Origin: Chlorokybus atmophyticus
Taxonomy: Eukaryota; Plantae; Mesostigma and Chlorokybus algae
Length of the DNA stretch: 64,000 nucleotides
Assembly: GCA_009103225.1 (NCBI GenBank)
Contig: RHPI01002368.1
Location: 202,772 to 266,771 of the forward strand
Direction: 5' to 3'
Positions 53,517 to 64,000 of this stretch are shown in pieces; position 1 is the stretch's first letter, and each line of letters starts with the position of its first letter. The notes under the pieces are model-generated. The model ran no database searches and was not told the DNA's origin. It saw only the letters and a program-made list of their open reading frames with translations. Position numbers and translations under genes: made by a program.

Positions 53517-53942
53517 CAGGGTACCAGCCGTCCTTGAATTGTAGCTAAGAGTCCGTGACTAACGCGAGGGTTGATTAGTATTGCCAACACACTGCACTGT
53601 CCCTATTTCACGCTTGCTAAATTGCTTGAGCACAGTACCCCCCCGAGTATGCCTTAACCATTGGCTATGATACTTTGGCACCATCACCACCATATGTAAA
53701 ATGCTGTGCTTCTTTTGCAACTCAACCATTGCATGCAACACATCAGTAAGCATGTTGAATTCCACATGTACCAGCACACAAGCGTTGTTTTTCACTTTTC
53801 CCATATTAAAAGGTGGCAACTTGTTATGTGCGTGCCATGCATGTGTTATTACATGCACTTGGGACAGATCATCAAACCAGTTTGTTGCATGCATTTCAAG
53901 CAACTGACCATTAACCATCTCTACACAAGTAACGGCGTAATC
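53517..53942 (-). other. Extra domain between gag and protease, resembling a degenerate Dam-like N6-adenine methyltransferase fold
   Basis: In frame with both gag and protease, separated from each by a single TAG. The pattern WFDDL...HA...NKLPPFN...CVLVHVEF.MLTDVLH...MVVMVPKY.SQWL...RGGTVLKQF parallels retrotransposon Dam domains, but the NPPF motif position reads HVEF. Confidence 0.45.
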
Positions 53943-56140
53943 CTATTCAACCTTCTTGGCCTTGACCTTCGCCTTAATAGGGCAGTTTTTTGCAATGTGG
54001 CCCGGCTGATGACATACGTAACAAGTGCGAGCCGCAGCAGGTGTAGCACCACCTGCAGATGTGCCACCAATGGGAGGCGTGAATGTCTTCGCCTTCTTTG
54101 CCGTGTGCGCACTCGGCTGAGGGTAACGCTTTCCTCTCACCCCCTGGCTTGGCAGCAGCTGCCACATGGAATTCCCGTCAACGTGTTGTACTGCAGCTGA
54201 TCGCGCGTCCAAGCCGCGCTTATACAACTCAAACTGCTCAGCCTTGTCCATGGGCATGATGCCACTGTTGGCGCGACCCACCAATGCTTGGAACTGCTGC
54301 AAATAGATTGAAGCCGGCCATTCTGTCGCAACTTGATGAGCTGCTTGTTGTGAGCCTGAGGAGCTGGGTCCATGCCACCATATCGCTCCACGAGGAACTG
54401 AAATAACTCCACTGTCTTCGCCATACCATCCTCCGTATGCCTCGCCCACTCGGCGAGAGCGTCAGATGGCATGACCAACTCAGCAACAGCGACGTGCTCA
54501 GCAACTGGACGCTTCAGTGCTGTCAAGTAGTGCTCAACAGTGACCACCCAGTGACGGATGCTGACACTGCCATTGGGCTTGAACATCTCAGGTTTGTTCA
54601 ATGCTGTAACCAGCAGCCTTGCTGATGCACCAACTGCTGAAGTAGCACCCGCCACTTGTTGGCGTAGTGCCACAACTTAGACTGCATAGCATCGAGGCGT
54701 GCCGCCAACTTCACTTGGCCGGTCAGCTTGTGTTCCAAGTCAGGACCCAAGTACCAAAACACATCCTTGCAACGTTGTGAGGTTTCGGCCACCAAGTTGG
54801 CCAAAGGGGCAAACGCCATTTGCTTCCCTTGGTAAGGGAAAGGCTTGTCGTATACGGTCATGAGAGCAGCAACTTTGGCATCACCTCGCTCAAGTGGCGG
54901 GATGTTGTTCGTCAATTCGTGCTCGAGCTTGCGGATCACCATCTCCTTGCTTGCGCGAGGGAGTGTGGCAAAGTTTGTCTCATACCCATCACAAATCTTC
55001 CGCGCCCATGCATCCCACATTTCCTGACAAAGGTGAGGGTGGGCAGCAAGCGAAGCCTTATGCTCTAAGGCATACGTCTCAATGGCCCCGCCAATGACAC
55101 TCTGTGTGTCCCTTGTAGCTGGTCCACTCTAAGTAGACTGGTCGGAAAAAGCTTCGCTATCCTGCTCAGCTTCCTCCTTGTCACTCTCAGTGAGTTTGTA
55201 GCTCTCACTTGTATCTGAGTCTCTCACTTTGTCATTACTCGATGGTTAGTATGATGGCAATGAGTTAGGGACGGCGAAGTACTTGTCACCTCCCTCTCCT
55301 TGGTCAGCCATTGCCCAAGGATTCGTGTTAGCAAGTGCACAACTACACAGATTCTGCACTGCAAAATTGGCAAACGCTAGTGATTTTGTCTCGTCAAGTC
55401 TCGAGGGGTTTACGTGGGGTATACAGCCCAAACAAAAGCTCTCCACACACCAACTAGACCCCTGCAACAAATTGCACGCGAATCCACACAATGGTTCACG
55501 AGCTATGGCTGCCCAAAGTTCCCATTTTGTACAACCCAGCTCAACTCACAATTGTAACTGACACACGGGGTGCCAAAATTTTGTTAAAACGACCTTACAG
55601 ACCGAAATTGACTAGTTGTGAGTCATGAGTCTGATATCGGCCGCATAAAATGACTCTGGCGGCCTCACCGCACTTACTGGCGGTCGGAACAGGCGATGCT
55701 GCCACTGGACTGCCCCCAAGGAATTTATATTGTTTTTTCTGTGATTACTAACCCTTCACACCACCACGAATCCACGTGGTGGCAAGCACACACAAGTGAA
55801 GCAAAATAAGTTATTTACTAGGTGATGTGCTGAGATGCACTCCTTGGGGGGGGTAAACTGCCTGAGTGGCCGCCTCCCATAACAGCAAATTAGGCTAGGC
55901 TGGGGAAGGCAAGCTGGGCTAGGCTAGGCAAGGCAAGGCAAAGTAAACAAGGTTAGGCAAGTTAAGCACCGGCAGCAGCGCTAATTACACTCACAACTAT
56001 CAAGTAATTACCGCTAATTGCCACCGCCGCCGCTGCAGTCGCTGCCGCCTACCGTTTATCGCTCGCCGCTTGCCATCGCAGTCGCTGCTGCCTGCCGCCG
56101 CCCCTCCCACAGGCCCCTCGCCGCCCGTGCTCTAATACCA

Positions 56141-56624
56141 ATATAAAAGAGGGGTGCTACCGCCCCCTTTAATCCCCTACCCCAACACCGCCACCAGCCA
56201 GGGCGTCGACGCCGCCGACAGGGGCAACCGGAACGGAAGATCCCATGCCTATGGCGGCCGCGTTAGCAGTGCCGCCATACAACTGATATCGACACAAGAC
56301 TCATGTCGCGTGTCCATATCAGTGTTGGGGGGGGGGGGGGGGNNNNNNNNNNNNNNNNNNNNNNNNNNNNNNNNNNNNNNNNNNNNNNNNNNNNNNNNNN
56401 NNNNNNNNNNNNNNNNNNNNNNNNNNNNNNNNNNNNNNNNNNNNNNNNNNNNNNNNNNNGGGGGGGGGGGGGGGGTAAGTAAAACTACAGGGCCTTAACA
56501 CTAGGTTAACGGCCCTAATACGGCTTAAGTAGCTGTATATACTCGTTGAGTTATTAGCGGTATATACCCTTAATTAATCCTAAATTAAAGCGGGGAACCT
56601 CTATAGAGGTAGCGCTCTGTTACA
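56141..56624 (-). repeat. 5' LTR of the chromovirus (interrupted by assembly gap 56343-56459)
   Basis: Ends ...CTCTGTTACA on the + strand; shares GCTACCGCCCC, the hairpin block and ACCTCTATAGAGGT with 47703-48031; PBS adjacent. Confidence 0.85.
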
Positions 56625-56759
56625 AGCACACGACCCTGCCACGCCCGACATTGTGGCAGTATTGTGTCATTTGAGCCTGTGTGCATACATGAATGACATA
56701 GCACATTTTTTGCGGTATGGGCTTTATATTTGTTTGTGTCAGTAATCGAAGGTTTTAAA

Positions 56760-58030
56760 TTAATTCACTTGTATTGGCATACATACATACGGTCTTCTAT
56801 GCCAGTACTGGCACAACAATACTCAGGCAGCACTGGCGTCATCGCTTTCAGCCAATATTGGTAAAAACAATGTTGTCAGCATTCGTGCTAAAACATTTGT
56901 GCAAGTCTTGGCACTAATACTGCAGCTTTTGTGCAAGTGTTGATGGTGATTGTTCTGTGCCGTTGCGGAGAGCAACAAAGGCATTCCAATGAAGGCATAA
57001 AACCGCTTATGCTAGTTACGATATGTGAGTTACCGATCGGTACTGACACAAGCGATTCTATGCCAGTTTCGGGCGGTCTCGGGTCTAGGCCGAATACGTT
57101 TGTGCTGGTCGTGGCACAAACAGCCTGTGCTAGTATACTGGTATGGGCTGCAGGGCCCGTGTTAAGGTAGCCATGCTAGGTACATCAAAAGTTGGTTGTA
57201 AATTACGTCATTTTGTAATGGATCGTCAAGAATACAATCAAATATGTTAAGTTCACAATAGACTACCTGGCGGTGGTGTACAAGATGTAGAGTTAAACGA
57301 TTTGGTTTCTTCACACTGCGACAGAGCATGACCCAACCATTGTTGACCATGATAGATGTATGCGGTACCGGCTTTTTATTTACAAACATTTCATGCGGTG
57401 GCTTTGGCAGATGCGGTTTAGGAGAACAATGCGACATCAAATCCACTCCCCCTTCCTGCAATAGATCGAAAAATTACCATCTTGCTGCATCTGATCGTCT
57501 TTTCAGCGGTAGCATCACAAATCCGGACACATGTCACGTGCTCACACATGGGCCTACAGCAAATGCCAGTTGTGGCATTTGTTTTTTAGGTCCCAGCCCC
57601 ATACTTGCCAAATTTGCACAAAAGCACTTGTGTAAATAATGACGGGTAAGTCACATACTTGTTGGTGGCTTAAGCTATGTATGCCAGAGAGTGGGGTGCG
57701 CTATAAATGCATTCGAGTCTATAATGACGGGTAAGTCACATAATGGATGGTGGCTACTGGTTGGTGGTAAACGGTATATGCCAAGGAGTGGGGTACATTG
57801 CAAATGCAGTAATCCTTACTCAAGAGTATGGATTCAAAACCAGATCATGGCCATGCTTGGCACTGGTCAACTGAAATGCCAGCACGAGCATATAATGGTA
57901 TATGTTAGTGCTAACACGTAACAATCGTGCCAGCACTTGCACATAATTAAAAAGCATTTACGTTTATGCCAAAATCAGCACAAGATATTTATTATGCTAG
58001 TGGTATACATTTGTTATGGATTCATTGTCA
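56760..58030. repeat. Repeat region with TGCCAG/CTGGCA motifs and an ~85-bp imperfect tandem duplication
   Basis: TGCCAGTACTGGCA at 56800; ATAATGACGGGTAAGTCACATA twice (~57636 and ~57721). Confidence 0.55.
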
Positions 58031-60047
58031 CATTCTAACAAAATGACGTGCCGCTTGCAGCAGGCCTTCGCCGCTCCGCAGCAAAAGCGGCAACCGGCGC
58101 CGCCTGCACTCTCCTCTCCATGACGCCCATAACCTCTTCAACAATATCCACGTCGTCTACCACCTCCACCTCCACCTCCACCGTCGTCGCCGCTCGCTAA
58201 TGGCACCAGCAGCGACGTGCTAAGCTTTGTCTAAACCAGGGTTGTGCATTTTCAGTCAACCGTACGGTGGCAAGTAATGGGGACGTTTCGCGGGTAAGGG
58301 CGGTGTTACCAAAGGTGTTAGAGTTAGTTGCTTTGCTTTCTACTTAAGATGGTTTTGTGCTTATCGGGTTCGTGCTGTTGGGCGAGCTGATCGATGAACT
58401 GGTCTGCCACGTCGGAGTCGCGCTGACAGCTCGACCTTTCCAGGTCGGCTGATCAGTGGTCAGTTGCCAATCTTAGGCAGGGGTTTTCATTCCCGCGAAA
58501 GAGACGGAACATGGCTTCAGCTTCCGTTAAGTTGAGGCTGTTAAGGAGGGAGCTCACTGCAGCATGCGCACTGCGAGCAGCGCATAGGGCATACATAAGG
58601 GATTCAGTGCAAGCATGCGCATTGCAATGAAGCAGGCTAGCACCACAACCGAGCATTGCGTTGCACAAGTCAAGCTGCTCGACTTTGGATGCAGCATGTG
58701 GAGCTTAGCTGAGAGCCAGCGGCGGCGATGGCGGCGGCGTAGTGTGCGGCTTGGCAACAGAACAGAGTGCGTTGGTGCATGCCGTTTCACCCCGGAAGCA
58801 TAGCTGTTGCGTGAAGCAGATTCTAACCAGTAATACAGTTACGCCGGCAATATGATTGTGTTGATGTTGTTGGATTGCTTCAATGCAGACTACTAAACGA
58901 CTGTTTTGAACTCGTGTGTGAGACAAAGCGAAGAGCATCTTAGAACTGTTTGACCTCTTTTCACAGCGCTGCTTTGCCTGTTGTTGCTGATTTATGCATG
59001 CTTGAGTCAGTTTAGCAGTAACACCTGCGGCACTAAATTTATCATATCTGCTTGAAAGTTAAGCATGCAAGTAGCAGCAAATGCAATGCGCCAATTGTGA
59101 AGCTTAAATAAGCGTCGCAGCCTGTTGCTACTCGTTATCCAGCATTGCACAACAAGGCAGTAGTAGCTGTTTCATGAATAGATGACAAACCGGATAGTTG
59201 GTTCCGGTGCCAGTTGGTTTACTAGACTGGGCGCCAATGGCATGGTTTCTGGATGCGCATTGTAACACCCCATTGCAACAGTTAACACCTATATACACAT
59301 GTACATGGTAACACCGCATTGTGAATATCCAAGCTTTGCTGACCATGGGTTAGTGATCATCTCTAAGCTGTCACGGTTGCGACCCGCAAGCCAAACCGCG
59401 AGTGAGAAGCATCAAGCGCTCTTGCATAGACTCTGCAGGAGTAATCAACAATAGGAGGAGCCTTCAACTTCCGCCAGCTAAACAAGAAGCTGGCAAACGA
59501 AGGTAGGTGTTTAGCCAGTGAAAGATGCATGTGCAATGCTAGGTTTTCCTAAACGCAAGTTGGTGCTTATGTATTTGCAGGACTTGCTCGGCACAATCAC
59601 AACGTCCGCAGGTGTGTGCCCGAGCTTGTCAACCAGTGGCACATCAAGTAGCAATGCAGTGTCGCAGGCAGCTTGCTATTGCAGCTACTGCTTTGCCTTG
59701 TTCCTCTCTGTTGGGCACCATTACCAAGTTGTAGACGCACGGTCCCTGCAATGTTTATAAAAAGCATACAATAGTTTATGTTACTTATGAAGCGTGCGAC
59801 GGCTTGCAGGGATGTGTTTAAAGTATGCGAGTGTTATGAGCCTTATAACTCTGTGCATGCCCCCTGCGGTAGGTGGCTATGCAGCACAGCATTGTACTTC
59901 ACCAACAATCTGCATTCAACTTACACGCCGACGGCTTTGCTTCCTCAGGCTTGGTTGTCTATCCTATTGCCGCACACGTTCAACCCCCGTGTTCAATTCT
60001 TGGCAGACACTGTTGCTTAGAGCAAGGTGAGCAAGGTGCGTACAGGC

Positions 60048-62137
60048 CACACACCTTACACACGGCTTGACGTTCAAGAACCATGCATGGTCCTTCCACG
60101 GACCCCGCGGGCCATACACGGTCCGTCCCCGCGGACCACGAGTGTCTGGTCCGCGAGGGACGGACCGTCCATGGTTCTTTTGGGGCCCCAACACCTGGCG
60201 CGCAGTCGCACCACATATGGTCCGTGCCGCACCTTGCATGGTGCGGCACGGACCAGTACTCTACGCTGGTTCCTGGATGCGGACCAGGAGTGGGCCCGCG
60301 GCTCAGCGGCCCGGCAGCCGCGCACCAACCATGGTCCGTGCCGCACCATGTATGGGGCGGCATGGACCAGCAATTGCTGGTTGGCGGCCCTGCAGGGCGC
60401 GCTACACGTGTACCATGACCGAAGTATCGTTATTGCATGTACGAGTACATAGGTACATTGTCCATAGTGTGTATCAAGTAGTAAATGACAGGCCGCACCG
60501 ACTGTCGCCGCTTACCATAAAGTGGACAGTCGCAAATGGTCGGCGGCTGTCAATGTAGATTGACAGCCGGCTGTCCATGTACATTTTAACTTGACAGCCG
60601 CCGACCAGTTGCGGCTGTCCACTTGTGGCCTATATATGTATAAATGGATATGTGTATACATATAAATATATGCGTAAATATACACATGTATATATATGTA
60701 TACATGCATATGTATATATTTGTTGATAAATATACGTGTGTGTGTGTGTGTGTGCATGTAGGAATAGGCTTAAGGTATGCAAGCAAAAATTGTTGACGTA
60801 TTGCGGCCGCAATTTGCAGCCGTGCAATTACTTCATATCTATCATTTCATGTACATACATTGTTGTAAGTATATTGATGCGCGTACACATGTGCATTAGA
60901 CCTTTCATATGCAAAATTATATACATATCAAACAATGTATAAGAATATATTTGTCCAAAGTGTTATGATTACTGTACAATTACATAGTTTAAAATAATAA
61001 TTATATCAAATTTACATCCATGCGTTGCGCGTGTTAATTACATCATATATAGTTCGGTGGTTATTACATCATCATAATGTTCACAACCGTTGACATCATA
61101 CCATGAATACATATGTTGATGCTGTTCGCTTGTTGCATTGCTAGGCGTAGTTAATTGTATGTTTGGTTTTGATGATTTGTACAAAACGAAAGCGCAAGCA
61201 ATGTCAGATGTTATAACTTGTAGCCTTACTTGTATAACCTCATAAATGGCCTATAAAAGCCTCATGCGATGACAGAATCATCGACAGCCCGATAAGGTAC
61301 ACTGGCTGCATTGACAGTCGCAATTTGGCTACTATCATTAAGCATTGTCACAATGACAGCCCCTAACAAGTCTACAAATTGTACTGGCGTATTGACAACC
61401 GCCGAGTTCGCGGCTACCGGTATGTAGTTTACCACCGTCCATGTAACTGGTACAGCCTATAAATGCTACAATTGCATAGGCTCAGCCTATGGGCCTATCA
61501 AAGTGACACACAATCTCCGACTGTCCATCGGCAATTACTGCCGCCGGCCGACAGTCGCCAAGCGGCTGTCGGCGCATGCAATAAACTACATGATATGGGT
61601 TGCCATGCGACCCTACCGGTACGTGCACTTGTAGCTTAGTGGTTAGGGCGTCGTCTTTGATATGCTAAAGGTACTTGGTTCGAATCCGGCCGATTCGTGT
61701 GTTCTTGACTAATCATTCCACTGACTCCGCGGAGCTGGCCGCGGCCTCCTGCGCCGCAGGTTGGGCGTGGCCGGTGCCGCCGGCGAAGATATCTCAACAT
61801 TTACTGCAGTTGCACAAATGTTTACATTGTTTTATATTAAACTTCGGTCGATGGTCCGCTGGCCGAACCAGTTATTGAAGTATTGTGATGATTTTCTCCA
61901 TGGTCCGATGGCTGGACCAAACCTGGTCCTGACTCAACAGTAATCGGCCGGACTTAAATTGGTGCGTAGTAAGGGACAATGGTACCATTCACGTGAAATT
62001 CGGACCATGAATGGTCCGACTGTCGATGAAAAAAAGACCATGCAAGGTCCACTGATTTCACTTAGCAGGGGGAAATCCCGGTCTGAGGATACGGACCATT
62101 TATGGTCCAAAAACGTCAGGCGGTGTGTTATTGTGTG
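60048..62137. mobile_element. Non-autonomous TIR element (~2.09 kb) with GGWCC-rich subterminal arms
   Basis: TIRs CACACACCTTACACACGGCTTGACGTT (60048-60074) and AACGTCAGGCGGTGTGTTATTGTGTG (62112-62137); dense GGACC/GGTCC at 60085-60420 and 61850-62110; internal GACAGCCG/CGGCTGTC repeats (60480-61580). Interrupts the duplicated segment; no clear TSD. Confidence 0.75.
61625..61697 (+). pseudogene. tRNA-like sequence (isotype undetermined); not a functional tRNA
   Basis: A-box TAGCTTAGTGG, D-arm-like GCTT...GGGC and B-box GGTTCGAATCC at tRNA spacing; acceptor and anticodon stems pair poorly. Confidence 0.6.
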
Positions 62138-62356
62138 GACATGCATCGATTATGCCTAGCCCAATTGCGAATTGCAAGCTACGAGGTAACAGGTTGTTGT
62201 GCGTGAACGCATTCTTGAGCTGTACAAAAGGCCATTGCGCACAGACAAGGAGAGAAGCTTGATAGCATACTGTAGCCTTTAAGGGAAGGCAGCACTTCTC
62301 GGTAGCACCACACATGCGCGTGGGATGCATACAAACTCTCACACACAATGTCAGGC

Positions 62357-62558
62357 CTAAAGCAATCTAACACCAAATGCTAGCTGCTCCACCCAAACAC
62401 CAACGGTGGCTCTGCATGCGCCGAAACGTGGCTCGTCCACCGGCGTGATGAGGCACACTCCGCCGTCAACAATGCACGCTCCCACAATGCACTGGCTTGA
62501 ACACCATGGGCGCGGGTTTCTGCCCAGCACGTACGGGTGCTCGCTGTCAAAATCCATC
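62357..62558 (-). pseudogene. BAHD last-exon fragment (copy 4)
   Basis: MDFDSEHPYVLGRNPRPWCSSQCIVGACIVDGGVCLI...WVEQLAFGVRLL*, homologous to exon 10 at 31925-32131; homology stops at the exon's 5' boundary. Confidence 0.85.
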
Positions 62559-62561
62559 ATC

Positions 62562-62807
62562 GTATCACACGCGGACCGGCCCTGGTCCTCACGTACGGAC
62601 CAGGGCCAAAACGCCCGGGCGGCTTGGGGTCCGGACCAGGGTCGCCCGCCTTGGTCTGCACGCGGGGACCAGGGCTGGTCCAAACAGTACGTAATTGTCC
62701 CACGGTCCCCCGAAAAACCGAACCAGGGCTGGTCCCTGTCACAACAGTGATAAATCGGACCGGTTATGGTTGTGGTTAAGGACCATCATTGGTCCGAGTC
62801 TTGATAC
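62562..62807. mobile_element. MITE-like ~245-bp element rich in GGACC/GGTCC
   Basis: Imperfect TIRs GTATCA-CACG-CGGACC and GGTCCG-AGTCT-TGATAC; same internal motif as the arms of 60048-62137. Confidence 0.5.
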
Positions 62808-64000
62808 AAGGGAGCAGCCGAGCATGGCTCGAATTAGGTAAGTCGGGACACAAAACGGGGAAACCCGGGTCGGGACGCGGAAAATGAGAGGAAAAGGTTG
62901 CGTCGGGACGCAAAACACGGCAAGAAAGTGCCGCGTCGGGACATAACAAACAACGGACGACCCGATATAGTGGTATCAAGTATGGAAGGTGGGGAACGCG
63001 ATCCGAGGTAATCCCAATTTCCATCGCCGCGTCCCTGCTCAGCCACTACGCGCCGACGATGTTCATCACCGTCGACTGGTTTTGTCGGCGTCGGCGTGGC
63101 CGCTCACGTGAGCCAACCATACTGAACGACGCTCAACGGTCAACTACATTGAAGTCAACTATACTATATATATTCAAGACAATTGGGCTGGCGTTATGTG
63201 ACATTGATAGTGTGCTTGTTCACACTTCCTATACTTTGCATGTTGGTATAGTGTAGCACACAATGATTGATAAGTGTGTCAATATCATTACAAAGTTTTA
63301 AATACTTGCACGGCATCACTCTCACATGCATGTACATATACATTTATATAAAAAAACTTGACAGTTGCAAGCACACAGATATTTACAACTTCCAGTCACG
63401 TAAATGGAAGAAATGTATTGCAGTCTATACGTGTATAAACGAAGCTTAATCAATTCTACTAATACATTTAAGTTATTACATAGGATTGAAGGTCACTCAC
63501 TCCGCGTGTCAACTACTGCACGCACGTGCGTGTGTATGTACATGCACGCATCCGTTGCACGTAGCTGTATTTGGGTAGGTATAGTTGTGTTATTGTAAGC
63601 GGCTGTAAGCTTTACACCCAGCTAGATGAATTGTTCCTACCTGTGTGTTCGTTATATTTGTTGTGAGTGTTTCTTACCTACATTGTGCATGATCCTTTAT
63701 GTATACTGACGGGTTGTGCCGCACGCTTGAACGCGCGCTTAGAGCGCACCCACACTTACACCATCACACACACATATGAGACAAACACTAACACGCACAT
63801 CAATGTGAGTGCTTCATTGTGTAGTGAGTTGACTTGTTCCGCGTGTCACACTCTCGTGCATGCCGCAATTCTTGCATTCTATATATCATACATGCAGCAC
63901 AAACACACGCACACATGCACAAAACCCACCAAGTCAACATCCTTTACACAATTAGATCTAAGGGGCTGGTTAGGGAGACATGGTGGGGGGGGGGGGGGGG

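Larger units (their letters stand above)
48032..56140 (-). mobile_element. Chromovirus (Ty3/Gypsy LTR retrotransposon with chromodomain), degenerate internal region
   Basis: Gag with CYVCHQPGHIAKNC (53943-54673), protease IDTGATHNF (53256-53516), RT SSPFGAPILFV...LRMCVDYRAL and YLDDIIVF (50200-50800), RNase H VVSDASTLGCGAVLLQDGRPCAYESRK (49796-50086), integrase YWWP...CDKCQ...SMDLITKLP...SDRDP (49001-49345), chromodomain YEVEAI...YLVKWKGYGVEHNTWEPE (48155-48358). PBS TGGTATTAGAGC (tRNA-iMet-like) at 56129-56140. Numerous stops and frameshifts. Confidence 0.92.
58050..62558 (-). repeat. Diverged direct duplication of ~29668-32132 (citrate synthase exon-1 start and promoter, intergenic region, BAHD last exon), split by a 2.1-kb insertion
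   Basis: Collinear matches, e.g. GCCTGCACT..CCTCTCCATGACGC, GCCACGTCGGAGTCGCGCTGA, CGACCTTTCCA.GTCGGCTGATCAG, ATGCAGTGTCGCAGGCAGCTTGCT and GCGTACAGGC, then after 62138 TGCAAGCTA.GAGGT, GGTAGCACCACACATG.GCGTG and the BAHD exon 10. Confidence 0.9.

Noticed and set aside
59960-60560. GC-rich overlapping ORFs (59964-60558) as a gene
   Set aside because: They are produced by the GGWCC/CCATGG-rich subterminal repeats of the TIR element; the same holds for 62357-62779 outside the BAHD exon.
39216-61697. Two possible functional tRNA genes
   Set aside because: A and B boxes are present but the acceptor, anticodon and T stems do not base-pair; reported as tRNA-derived sequences instead.
35300-63000. 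CRISPR-like arrays among the regularly recurring palindromic motifs
   Set aside because: No constant-length repeat/spacer periodicity, no cas genes, and the DNA is eukaryotic.
46337-64000. Poly-G runs as G-quadruplex or telomeric features
   Set aside because: They directly flank N gaps or the window end, typical of sequencing or assembly artefacts; no telomeric repeat array is present.

Overview
Eukaryotic, intron-rich genomic DNA from the green lineage, most likely an alga. This is inferred from a plastid stromal processing peptidase, a plant-type ferric reductase and a plant-type peroxisomal citrate synthase; the species cannot be identified from the sequence. The window has two compartments. 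(1) 1-17.1 kb is gene-dense: the 3' part of a FRO ferric reductase (+), a large IQ-motif protein of unknown function (-) and SPP (+). Its introns are long alternating purine/pyrimidine tracts, GT-rich at the 5' end and CA-rich at the 3' end. Its exons carry at least 27 copies of GATATC in all three reading frames, and none were found inside introns. (2) 17.2-64 kb is repeat-rich: four BAHD acyltransferase copies (one intact 10-exon gene, one frameshifted pseudogene, two fragments), an 11-exon citrate synthase ending in PTS1 (AKL), and a cryptic multi-exon gene remnant with cysteine-protease-like motifs. It also holds nested retroelements: a Gypsy-type gag/protease remnant, a chromovirus with a degenerate adenine-methyltransferase-like domain between gag and protease, and an L1-type LINE fragment. 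There are two ~2.1-kb non-coding TIR elements that each carry a tRNA-like cassette, and a diverged ~2.5-kb duplication of the BAHD 3' end plus the citrate synthase promoter. Two N gaps flanked by poly-G and two single Ns limit confidence in local structure. All exon calls were made by hand; no database searches were run.
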